Shown: positions 1-10,074 of the stretch, in pieces
Numbering within the stretch: position 1 is the first letter of the stretch
Layout of the letters: each line of letters begins with the position of its first letter
Assembly (NCBI GenBank): GCA_963844715.1
Contig: CAWJPJ010000007.1
Coordinates: 1,152,001 to 1,216,000 of the forward strand
Direction: 5' to 3'
DNA: 64,000 bases
From: an uncultured Phycisphaerales bacterium
Lineage (GTDB): Bacteria > Planctomycetota > Phycisphaerae > Tepidisphaerales > Tepidisphaeraceae
The notes under the pieces: model-generated
Databases searched by the model: none
Told to the model about the DNA's origin: nothing
Seen by the model: the letters and a program-made list of their open reading frames with translations, nothing else
Made by a program: the position numbers and the translations under genes

Positions 1-1022
1 ACGCGCCATAGAACTCGGCGCCCGTCCCGCCGACCCCGGCGAATTCACCGCCCGCGCCTATTTCAACAACAAACTCGATCTCACCCAGGCCGAGGGCGTC
101 GCCGCCTCCATCTCCGCGCGCTCCGCCGCCGAGCTCGCCGCCGCCCGCCAGCTCCTCTCCGGCCAGCTCGCCCGCCGTCTCCGCCCCATCATGGACAACC
201 TCGCCGACACCGCCGCCCTCGTCGAAGTCGGCATCGACTTCTCCGAAGAAGACGTCCAATTCCTCTCCCACTCCCAAATCGAAAACCGCCTCGCCAAAAT
301 CAACCAGGCGATCGACGATCTGTTGCGCGAAAGTTCCCGCTTCGAAAACCTCTCCCACGAGCCGACAATCGTCCTCTGCGGCCCCCCCAACGCCGGCAAA
401 AGCACGCTCGCCAACGCCCTGGCCGGCCAACTCCGCTCCATCGTCTCCCCCGTCGCCGGCACCACCCGCGACATTCTCGCCGCCGAAGTCTTCCTCCCCC
501 GAGGAAAAATCCGCCTCCTGGACATCGCCGGCATCGAGACCCCCGCAAGCGGCGAGATCGCCCGTCAGATGCAACACCAAGCCCAATCCGCAATCGCCCA
601 GGCCGACCTGATCGTCAGCGTCAAAGAAATATCCGACGATTCCCCAACCACTCTCCCGCGCCACCCAGACCTCTGCGTAAGAACCAAAGCCGACCTGCAC
701 CCCAAATTGCTCGCCCCCACCAACGAACTCCTCATCACGCGCCCTAACCGGCCATAACCTCGACCGCCTCCGCACCGAACTGGATCGCCTAGCCTTCGGC
801 TCCAATTCCCCCCAATCCAAACTCGCCCTGACCGCCCGTCATCTCGCCGCCATCGAAGAAGCCCGCCGCTCCCTGACCGACGCCAGCAAACACACCGAGT
901 CCCCCGAACTCCTGGCCGCCGACCTCCGCGCAAGCCTCGACTCCCTGGGCGACATCCTGGGCCTGATCACCCCCGACGATGTCCTAGGCCGAATCTTCTC
1001 CACCTTCTGCATCGGAAAATAA
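1..1022 (+). CDS. mnmE: tRNA modification GTPase MnmE, 5'-truncated by the window edge, one frameshift near 740-760
   Basis: Frame 2 reads PGEFTARAYFNNKLDLTQAEGV; G1 GPPNAGKS; GTTRD; LLDIAG; C-terminal IFSTFCIGK* (TAA 1020-1022). Confidence 0.93.
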
Positions 1023-1256
1023 TCCCCGCTACCCGCGCCATCCCTCCGCCCCCAGACCCCATTGCGAAAAGGGTCCCGATTCACCCACCAGGCCAGCCAG
1101 ATGCCCTCGCATCGGCCACGCCTTCTCCTATTCGAGCCAGCGAATCCCCTCGCCACGAACAATACCCCGACCCGCCTCCTCCCAATCCCCCTCACATTCA
1201 ACACGCCTTGCAACCCGCGCCCCCCAAACCTACCTTCTCACACAACTAAGAAACCC

Positions 1257-4018
1257 ATGCCCCAACCTCCACCCCAGGAAGAAGCCAAAAAATCCCCCGC
1301 GCCGCGCCGCAGACCAACCCCGCCCCGGCTTTCCCGCCTGATTCCAATCGCGCACCCGCCCCCGCGCAAACTCCTAATCCCGCGCAAGATTCCCTCCCCG
1401 GCCTAACCCCCGCCATGCGCCAATACCACCAGTTCAAATCCCAATACCCAGGCTACGTCCTCTTCTTCCGCATGGGCGACTTCTACGAAATGTTCTGGGA
1501 AGACGCCAAACTCGCCGCCAAAGTCCTCGGCGTATCCCTCACCACGCCGTTCCCGCGGCGGCCTCGATTCCCAGGACGCCATCCCCATGGCCGGCGTCCC
1601 CTTCCACGCCGTCGACAACTACCTCCGCCGCATGATCGCCGCCGGCCACAAAGTCGCCATCTGCGAACAAGCCGAAGACCCCGCCCAGGCCAAAGGCGTC
1701 ATCCGCCGCGAAGTCGTCCGCCTCATGACCCCCGGCACCCTCACCGACGATTCTCTCCTGGACGGCGAATCCGACCAACTATCTCGCCGCCGTCGCCTCC
1801 GGCGTCACCCAAGCCGACGGCTACCGCACCTCCCTCGCCTGGGTCGAACTCTCCACCGGCGCCTGCGCCGCCATCAGCGGCCGACCAATGCCAGATCCTC
1901 GACGAAATCGCCCGCCTCAAGCCCGCCGAAATCCTCGTTCCCGAACTCGCCACCGGCCAGCCCCACGACCTCGCCACGCGCCATCGAACAACTCGGCCCC
2001 TTCTCCGTCACCGCCCGCCCCGGCTGGCAGTTCTCCGCCCACCACGCCAAGGAACAGCTCCGCGAACAGTGGCAAATCTCCACCGCCGCCGGTCTCGGCT
2101 TCTCCGACGACGACCCCGCTCTCCCCGCCGCCGCGGCTCTCCTCACCTATCTCCAGGAAACCCAGAAAACCGCCCTCGCCCACATTCGCCCCATGCGCCG
2201 CCACATCGTCGAAGATCATCTCTCCATCGACCCCGCAAGTTGGCGCAGCCTCGAAATCGAACGCACCGTCCGCTCCGGCGGAACCGACGGCTCCCTCTTC
2301 GATTCCATCGACCGCACCCGCACTTCCATGGGCGCCCGCCTCCTCCACGAATGGCTTCGCTACCCCCTGGCCGAAGTCGAACACATCCAGGCCCGCCAAT
2401 CCGCCATCGCCGCGCTCCTCGCTTCGCCCGATGACCTCCGCGCGATCGCCGACCAACTCGACGACGTCTGCGACATCGAGCGCATCGTCGGCCGCATCGC
2501 CGTCGCCCGCGTCAGCCCGCGCGATCTCGCCGCCCTCTCCCGCTGCCTCGCCACCCTCCCCAATCTCCTCGACCGCCTCAGCTCCCTCCCCGCATCTGCC
2601 GAAGTCGCCCCCGAACTCACCCGCATGCGCCCCTTTTTGCGCCGAGCAGGCAAAATTTCTTTCCAGCGCCATCCGCCCCGACCCCGCCCCCCATCTCCGC
2701 GAAGGCGGCGTCATCGCCCCCGCCTTCGACCCCGAACTAGACCGCCTCCGCCAGATCGGAACCAACAGCCACAAATGGCTAGCCGAATTTCCAAGCCCGC
2801 CTCGCCACCGAATCCGGCATCCCCACCCTGAAAGTCGGCTTCAATAAAATCTTCGGCTACTACATCGAAGTCACCGACTCTCATCGCCAAAAAGTCCCCG
2901 CCGCCTGGACCCGCAAACAGACCGTCAAAAACGCCGAGCGCTATATCACCGAAGAACTCAAAACCTTCGAAACCGAAGCCCTCACCGCCCAGGAGCGCGC
3001 CGTCGAACTCGAGCAGCAGCTCTTCGAACAAATTCGCGTCGCCCTTCTCGCCCACGTCGCCCCCTTCGCCGAACTCGCCCAGGGCCTGGCCCGTCTCGAT
3101 TGCCTGAGCGCCCTGGCCAACCTCGCCGCCGAGCGCCGCTATTGCCGCCCCGAAATCACCACCACCCGCACCCTCGAAATCATCGAAGGCCGCCACCCCG
3201 TCCTCGAGCAGCAACTCAACAGCGAATTCGTCGCCAACGACGCCCGCTTCGCCGGCGAAGACGCCGTCCTGCTCATCACCGGCCCCAACATGGCCGGAAA
3301 ATCCACCTTCATCCGCCAGGTCGCCCTCATCACCATCCTCTCCCAGATCGGCAGCTACGTCCCCGCCAAATCCGCCCGCATCGGCATCGCCGACCGTCTC
3401 TTCGCCCGCATCGGCGCCAGCGACGAAATCCACGGCGGACAATCCACCTTCATGGTCGAAATGGTCGAAACCGCCAACATCCTCAACAACGCCACCGAAA
3501 AAAGCCTCGTCATCCTCGACGAAATCGGCCGCGGCACCAGCACCCTGGACGGCCTGAGTCTCGCCTGGGCCATAGCCGAACACCTCGCCCTCGTCGTCCG
3601 CCCCCGCACCCTCTTCGCCACCCATTACCACGAACTAACGGATTTAGCCGACCGCTTCAAAGCCGTGCGGAACCTAAACGTCGCGGTCAGAGAATGGGAA
3701 GACCAGGTCATCTTCCTACACAGAATCGTAGAAGGCGGCACAGACCGCTCCTACGGCATCCACGTCGCCCGCCTAGCCGGCGTCCCCTCCGAAGTCCTCC
3801 ACCGCTCCCGCCAACTCCTCAGCGAACTAACCGTCCACCACGTAGCCAGCCCCAAACTCTTCCGCAAACAAACCGCCCACGACCCAGACCAGCTCCATCT
3901 GTTCGTAGACCCCGCAAGAGAAGTAGCGACCGAACTGGCCGCCGCAGATTTAGAAAAACTCTCGCCTATCCAGGCGTTTGATTTGCTGCGGAAGCTGCAA
4001 GAAAAAATGAAAAAGTAA
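1257..4018 (+). CDS. mutS: DNA mismatch repair protein MutS (several frameshifts; start 1257 or 1415)
   Basis: TPAMRQY...[73 protein letters not shown]. Confidence 0.96.
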
Positions 4019-4051
4019 CCCCCGCTGCGCGGTTCTCGGTCCAATCCCCCT

Positions 4052-4090
4052 CTTCACACCTTCACACCTTCAAACTCTTCACACCTCCAC
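4052..4090 (+). repeat. Short tandem CTTCACAC(C) repeat tract 1
   Basis: cttcacacc ttcacacc ttcaaact cttcacacc, directly before the second mutS tail. Confidence 0.85.
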
Positions 4091-4096
4091 CCCACC

Positions 4097-4150
4097 CCGC
4101 TCCAGGCCTTCGATCTGCTCCGCAAGTTGCAGGGAAAAATGAAGAAGTAA
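4097..4150 (+). repeat. Diverged copy 2 of the mutS 3' end ([17 protein letters not shown])
   Basis: Aligns to 3965-4018 with 11 substitutions in 54 nt, 9 of them synonymous. Confidence 0.93.
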
Positions 4151-4168
4151 CCCGCGCTCCAGCTTTTT

Positions 4169-4208
4169 CCCCCTCTCCATGTAGTCAGGGAGAGGGCAGG
4201 GGTGAGGG
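4169..4208. repeat. REP-like palindromic element (CCCTCTCC...GGAGAGGG-CAGGGGTGAGGG)
   Basis: Hairpin 4171-4196; related copies at 6013-6055 and, inverted, at 27004-27047. Confidence 0.75.
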
Positions 4209-4298
4209 TTCTTTGTCCCCCGCCATTTAGCGGCCCGTGCGCAGCACCGCCGTCCCTCCCCCGTCGAAATTCGATCCCCTCCGGGAGTTGCCGGAGAA

Positions 4299-4430
4299 GC
4301 CCGGGTATGCGTCGAAACCGGCCAGCAGTTCTTCTCTCCCCAGACCGTCGAACGCATTCACGCCATCATCCGCGGCAAAGGCAAGCCCGCAAGAACAATG
4401 CAAACCCCCGTCTACGAATTCGCGGCGTAG
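4299..4430 (+). pseudogene. C-terminal remnant of a YgiT-type zinc-finger (TA-associated) protein
   Basis: Reads ARVCVETGQQFFSPQTVERIHAIIRGKGKPARTMQTPVYEFAA*; the N-terminal half is missing. Confidence 0.7.
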
Positions 4431-4460
4431 CCACGCGCGCTCTCCCTCCGTCAATCGCAC

Positions 4461-4531
4461 CCTTCACACCTTCACACCTCCAAACCCTTCACACCTTCAC
4501 ACCCTTCACACCTCCAAACCCTTCACACCTC
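4461..4531 (+). repeat. Short tandem CTTCACAC(C) repeat tract 2
   Basis: About six cttcacac units interspersed with ctccaaacc, directly before the third mutS tail. Confidence 0.85.
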
Positions 4532-4540
4532 CAACCCGCC

Positions 4541-4593
4541 CCGCTTCAAGCATTCGATCTCCTGCGCAAGTTGCAAGAAAAATGAGGAAGTGA
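4541..4593 (+). repeat. Diverged copy 3 of the mutS 3' end ([14 protein letters not shown][M]RK*)
   Basis: Aligns to 3965-4018; mostly third-position changes; one A missing in the A-run. Confidence 0.92.
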
Positions 4594-4716
4594 CTCCCGC
4601 TTCCGCCGGTGATAGCATGATCGCTTCCAAGCAACCCCACGCCCCCCGGGGCGTATCCAAACGCGCTGGTCAAACGCGCCAGTCGAACGCAGTAGTCAAA
4701 TTCGCCGGTGGCCCAA

Positions 4717-5896
4717 ATGCGAACGCAGTGGACAAAAATACTCATCTGCATGTCGCTCGCGACCGGCTTGATCGGCCTACCGCCAGCCGCCCACGCGGCC
4801 GACGACACCGCTCGCTTCCTTGGCTCCTGGATCGCCACCCTTCCCTACAACGGCCAGACCATTTCCATCGTCTCAATCCACGACGCCGGCGGATTCAAAA
4901 ATTACCTGCTCCTTCCCAACGGCGCCCTGCCGTTCGGCGCCGGGACATTTTCCGCCACCGACGGCAAATGGGCCACCAACGCCCCAGCGCCCAATGATTC
5001 CGGAACCTATCAATTCGCCAATGACAACTCCGTCAGTTGCACCAATTCCACCGGCAGCCTTCTGGTTTGGAATCGATACAACGCTCCCCTCCCGCCGGTC
5101 ATTGCTCCTTCACCAGCCCCAGCGCCCGCCCCCGCCCCCGCGCCGCCTTCGGCGCCCGACTACCAGCAAGAGATGGCCCAGTACCGCAAGGCCGCGGGCG
5201 CCGGAGATGCCTCCGCCATGGACAACATCGGCGAACTCTATCTCTACGGCCAGGGCGTCCCGCAGGATTACCAGCAAGCCATGGTCTGGTTTCGCAAAGG
5301 CGCCGACCTCGGCAACGCCGCCGCCATGTGCGATATCGGCTACCTCTACGAAAGAGGCCTGGGCGTCCCCCAGGATTACGCGCAAGCCATGACCTGGTAT
5401 CAAAAGTCCTCCGCGGCCGGCAGCGCAATCGGCACCTGCAATGTCGGCGAGCTATATTCCGCCGGCTCCGGCGTCCCCAGGGATTACCAGCAGGCGATGA
5501 CCTGGTACAAAAAAGCCGCCGCCGCCGGCAACGCCACAGCCATGTACGACATCGGCTTGCTCTACGAAAACGCCCGCGGCGTCCCGCAGGATGACGTGCA
5601 AGCCGCCTCTTGGTTCAGCAAAGCCGTCGCCGCCGGCAGCACCCCAGCCGCTTGCGAGCTGGGATACTTCTACGGCGTCGGCCGAGGCGTTCCCCTCGAT
5701 TATCAGCGCCTCCATGCAACTCGCTCTCGTCGCCGCCAACGCCGGCAATTCCACAGCCATGTTCAACGTCGCCAAGATGTATTGGTACGGCCAAGGCGTC
5801 CCGGTCGACCAAACCACCGCCATCCAATGGTGCCGAAAATCCGCCGCAGCCGGCGATTCCGATGCTCAGAGTTGGTTGAACGCAACGGGGAACTAG
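4717..5896 (+). CDS. Secreted Sel1-like repeat protein (frameshift near 5710)
   Basis: Signal peptide ending AAHA-A, Pro/Ala linker, repeats of AMxxIGxLYxxGxGVPQDYxQAMxWY/FxKA. Confidence 0.9.
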
Positions 5897-6012
5897 AACG
5901 AACTCCGCCGCGATCTTAGAGCAATCTGCACGAACAAGCGGCGATTCTCGGGCATTCCCCCTCCGCCGGTCCTCCGCTAGTTTCGGCACGACGGGAACCG
6001 GTCCTTCCCTCT

Positions 6013-6055
6013 TTCCCCCTCCCTCGGTACTCCGGGGGAGGGCTGGGGAGGGGGC
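6013..6055. repeat. REP-like palindromic element
   Basis: ccctccctcgg-tact-ccgggggaggg followed by ctggggaggggg; same family as 4169-4208. Confidence 0.7.
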
Positions 6056-6087
6056 CTCTGAGTGCGGCTGATGATCCATTCTGATCC

Positions 6088-6137
6088 TTGCCCTCCCAAT
6101 AACCGATACGTATGATATAATTTGGATAACACGTATC
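6088..6137 (+). promoter_or_regulatory. Sigma70-type promoter plus inverted-repeat operator of the TA operon
   Basis: TTGCCC (6088)-N17-TATGAT (6111); inverted repeat GATACGT (6105)/ACGTATC (6131); AGGAG ribosome-binding site (RBS) before ATG 6150. Confidence 0.6.
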
Positions 6138-6149
6138 AGGAGCCCCAGT

Positions 6150-6398
6150 ATGAAAAAGCTAACCCTCACCGCCGAGCCTGAAGTCATCGACATGGCCAAA
6201 AAGCTTGCCGAAGCCCGTGGCACCAGCGTCTCCGGCATGTTCAGCCAGCTCATCCGCGCCATGGGCACCCCACACGCCCGCCGATCCACCCCCATCGGCT
6301 CGATCACCAAACGCCTCACCGGCATCGCACGCCCCCCGCGCCGCAAAACCGACCGGCGCCTTCTCGAAGACGCCCTTATCCAGAGATTTGCCCGATGA
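6150..6398 (+). CDS. Antitoxin, DUF6364/RHH-like
   Basis: MKKLTLTAEPEVIDMAKKLAEARGTSVSGMF; ATGA overlap with the PIN gene. Confidence 0.8.
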   Translation: MKKLTLTAEPEVIDMAKKLAEARGTSVSGMFSQLIRAMGTPHARRSTPIGSITKRLTGIARPPRRKTDRRLLEDALIQRFAR

Positions 6399-6815
6399 GC
6401 GAGATCATTTTCCTGGATACCAACGTCCTCCTCGACGTACTACTCGCCCGCGAGCCGTTCCTCCAGCACTCCCAGCGCCTCTGGTCCCTCGCCGAACGCG
6501 GCCGCATCCAAGCCGCCGTCTCCGCCGTCAGCTTCCTCAATGTTTACTACATCGTCCGCCGCCTCGCCTCCCGCCCCCAGGCCGACCGCGCCGTCCGCGG
6601 CTTGCGCCATCTTCCAGATCGTCCCCGTCGACCGCGAAATCATCGATCAAGCCATCGAGTTCCGCTCCGCCGACTTCGAGGACGCCGTCCAGCACGCCTG
6701 CGCTGTCCGCGCCGGAGCCGTCTGCATCGTCACCCGCGACGAACGCCATTTCTCCCGCTCCAACATCCCCGCCATGGCCCCCGACGCCTTCCTCGCCAAA
6801 ATCGACTCCGAATAA
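6395..6815 (+). CDS. PIN-domain (VapC-like) toxin (frameshift near 6605)
   Basis: IFLDTNVLLDVLLAR ... DFEDAVQHACA...IVTRD. Confidence 0.88.
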
Positions 6816-6999
6816 ACGCCCGCGCCAATAGTTGGGGGCGCGTGCTCAGCACCGCGCGTCCAAAATTTAGCCCGCCAAAACGCCGAGAGCCGAAGCTGAA
6901 ATCCATCAAAACGCCAACCGCACACCGGCTAAAGGGTCGTTCCGAGCATTTCACCAGGCATTTAAAGCTAACCCCCAAAGCAGCATCTCAGCGGCCAAT

Positions 7000-8563
7000 T
7001 TACGATCCACTCTGGCTACGGGGAACTCCAAGGCGGTCATAAAGTTCCCCCTCTTTTTTAAAAAGCATCGAGTCGCCATACCTACGCCCGGAAAGCCGGG
7101 CGGCGTTGTCGAGGACCGTGTTGTAGTGCGCGGTGAGAGCGTGTCTAAAGAAACTTGGGACGTCCAGGACACCACCGGATAGATGAACCTGAGCCCACTC
7201 CAAGTCGTCGAGGGACAAGATCGTCCAATCTATATCGTGCATCGCCGCTGGCAGATCCGCCCTCAGAAATTCCTTGAAGGGCACACTTCCCGACAAATAG
7301 GTTGGCTCAAGAGTGACCACAACGGGTATGAACTCCTTGCATCTTGCAAGTCGCTCAAGGCCCTTCATTTTTCCTGCCGCCGCAGATCGAAATTCGAACA
7401 CCTGTATCAATCCGTCCCTGATAGCCCTCAGGCTTTCCTCGAGCTTATCTTCGCGACCGGTTGCATAAACGATCCGATGGATTCTCGCGATCTTGACCTC
7501 GACCAAAACCGCGGTTTTCCCTTCGAGCAATACAAAATCCGGAATTTTGCCCGCGCTCGTGGGGTAGGTTTGTCGAATCTCGTCCTCCGATATTACGTGG
7601 CCGTCGGGAACGCAATTGCGCAGTAAACGACCAACATACAAAGTAAGTAAATGGCCAAAGTATTCGTCGAACGAATCCCTCCACCGCATGTGCATGTCGT
7701 AATAGACCCCGCTGGTCAACCGATAAAGAAGCAAATCTGGTAAGGGAGCGATCATCCGATCAAACTCCATCCGTGCCCCTATTTCCAGAGGCCATGGCCG
7801 AATGAGAGGGAAGACCATTAAAGAGTTGAAGTCGTATGCCGCGTAGTCGCGGCATTGTTGCTGCAGCTTACTGGAACGCCTCGCGTGTTCAGAGCTATCG
7901 GCGGCGAAATTTCTAAGCACCGCTTGTACGGTATCATCGTCGGCAACCGCCAATCCGACCTCCCTTGCCCTTTTGAAGTAGGTTCGCGCGAACCCGAGTT
8001 GGTTGCCGCTCCTAGCTGCCGCATACGCCACGAGCCCTACGTTGATGAAGTCTGTGACGTCCGTTCCAGTCAGATCTCTAAATCGGGCAGCAAAATCGAA
8101 GGGGGGCACGTGCTTCATTCCCAGCAGCTGCATGGGCAAGTCGTTGTACATTATTTGAGTGCGCCCCAATTTGCCGCAAGGATTAATCACATAGGGGAAT
8201 TGGTTGCCAGCGTGGCGCAGCATGATCGATAAGGTAGATCTCGGAACATCGTCGCTCCAAGCCACCGGGTCAGCATGCGCAAATTTGGCAGCCAAGTTTA
8301 GTATCGGACTCAGTTCGCCTGGCGCGATTGGCGTCGCATTCTCAGTCATAGGCCCCGGGATTCCATATCGTGTGATAAAGCGGGCCGCGGTTCCCACTAC
8401 ATGCGGGGGAATTCCAGTCGCTGTCTCAGGCGAGTAGGCGGGCAGTGCCGCGCACCGCCAGAAGCAATCCATCCAACTGATATCGTCGCACCTCTCGCGC
8501 AATTCGCTCCTCTAATTCAACGAGCTCCGCCAAGCTCCCGATCTCCATTTTAGCCATCGTCAT
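7000..8563 (-). CDS. Hypothetical ~520-aa protein with a C-terminal PD-(D/E)XK nuclease-like motif (probable frameshift near 8430)
   Basis: GKIPDFVLLEGKTAVLVEVK; lower GC than the flanks; a 45-codon ORF from ATG 8563 probably supplies the N-terminus. Confidence 0.65.
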
Positions 8564-8899
8564 TACAGGCTCGATTCCGTCGTCAGCCGCGCGGCGCTAA
8601 TGAGCAAACTGTGCAATAAATCGTTTGCGGGGGATCCATCTAAGTCAAACCAGTCACCCGGGCAAGACCGATCAGGTCCGATGTGACCCGAGACAAGGAC
8701 GAGTTTGCTCTCCCGGCGGACTGCGCATCTCGAAGGAAGCCGTCGATGGCGGAAACGAGCCGACCCAAGGGCCTCGGCTGCCGGACAGCACAAGGGAAGC
8801 GGCAGTCCCCCAACCCCCTCAAATCCAACCCCACCCGACCAACAACGAATTCCGCAATCCCCCACTGGCCCCCGCCCGCCGCGCCGGCCAACCATTCCC

Positions 8900-9430
8900 C
8901 CATTCGGTCATTCAGTCATTCGGGTTTGATTCGGAATTCGGATTTCTGATTTCACCCCCATCCGTGGCCAACCCAGTCTTTTGAGTTTTCAGCATTTAAC
9001 CCAACAAAAAAATCCGCGCCCATCCTCCCCATCCGTGGTCAAAAACGAATTTGTTCAACCCCAGAAATCTGTGTGAATCCGGTCCCCATCTGTGGCAAAT
9101 ACAGTCTTTTGAGCTTTCAGCGTTCACAATCTGGCAACTGACAACGAGCAACTAATTCCAATCTGTGTCCATCTGTCCCCCATCTGCGGCCAAAAACCCC
9201 GCATGAATCCGTGGCCAAAAAAGTCTGTTGAATGTAAATCAAACTCCCCCTCCTGCCCTGAGCTACGTCGAAGGGAAGTCCCCAGCAGCATCAAGAGTGT
9301 AACCTTTTGTCAGCTTCTGTCCCTTGGTCCGGCGGACCAACCCTGCCCGTCGCGAGCGCAGTCGAACGGAGGGAACTCGAAGGGCCTTACCCAAATCCCC
9401 ATCCACATCAAAAGTGTTACCTTTTGTCGG
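8900..9430. repeat. Non-coding patchwork of short repeats and palindromes
   Basis: CAGTCTTTTGAG(T/C)TTTCAGC twice (~8975, ~9102); ATC(T/C)GTGG-type motifs about five times; CATCAA(G/A)AGTGT(A/T)ACCTTTTGTC twice (~9289, ~9406); CCTGAGCTACGTCGAAGG. Confidence 0.7.
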
Positions 9431-9434
9431 AAAC

Positions 9435-10064
9435 TTATTTCTCCGGCGCAGAATTCTCCCCCGACGTCGGCGGATTTTCCATCGGCGGCTGCTTCCGCCT
9501 CGACATCGAAACCCTCAACGTCTCCATCAATCTCGGTATATGCGGCGGCGACATGAAGATCCGCGCCGACACCGCCGCCGTGGGATAGAAGTCGGTCAGG
9601 AAGTCGATGAAGAACTCGGCCGGCGAGTGTCCCATCCGCACGTTGTTCGCGTACGCCCCGTTCAGCATCTCCTCCGGCAGCTTGAAGTTCTCATAAATCT
9701 CCGCGATCGTCGGCCGCCGTGCCGGCGGCTTCGGCAATTGCGGCGGGGCCCCGAACGCCTGCGTGTACTTGCTCAAGTTGTCCTCCACCACCGCCAAAAG
9801 CTTCTGCATCATCACCGGCGGCACCACCACCCGCGCGACGAACTGATACGGCCGAACCACCCCCTGCACAAAATCCAGCACATACTCATTCGGCGTATCC
9901 AGCACCACCAAGCCCGTGCTCGTCACCCCGCGCGTCACCCGATCCAAAACCCGCGCCGAAACAGGCTGATGCTGAACCTGCTGCGTATACGCACTGGAAT
10001 CATTCGGCGAAGGTTGCGCCGGCTGCGACCCCGGATCAGGCGATTGCGGTGGTTCATTTTCCAT
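9435..10064 (-). CDS. Tandem DUF3467-like domain protein
   Basis: Two similar halves: GVTSTGLVVLDTPNEYVLDF..VARVVV and GAYANNVRMGHSPAEFFIDF..SARIFMSP. Confidence 0.75.
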   Translation of the reverse strand: MENEPPQSPDPGSQPAQPSPNDSSAYTQQVQHQPVSARVLDRVTRGVTSTGLVVLDTPNEYVLDFVQGVVRPYQFVARVVVPPVMMQKLLAVVEDNLSKYTQAFGAPPQLPKPPARRPTIAEIYENFKLPEEMLNGAYANNVRMGHSPAEFFIDFLTDFYPTAAVSARIFMSPPHIPRLMETLRVSMSRRKQPPMENPPTSGENSAPEK

Positions 10065-10074
10065 AAGTGTTGCC

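Noticed and set aside
3965..4593. Diversity-generating retroelement template/variable repeat pair
   Set aside because: Differences are not adenine-specific and are mostly synonymous, and there is no reverse transcriptase in the window.
4052..9430. CRISPR array
   Set aside because: Repeats are degenerate and irregularly spaced, with no constant-length spacers and no cas genes.
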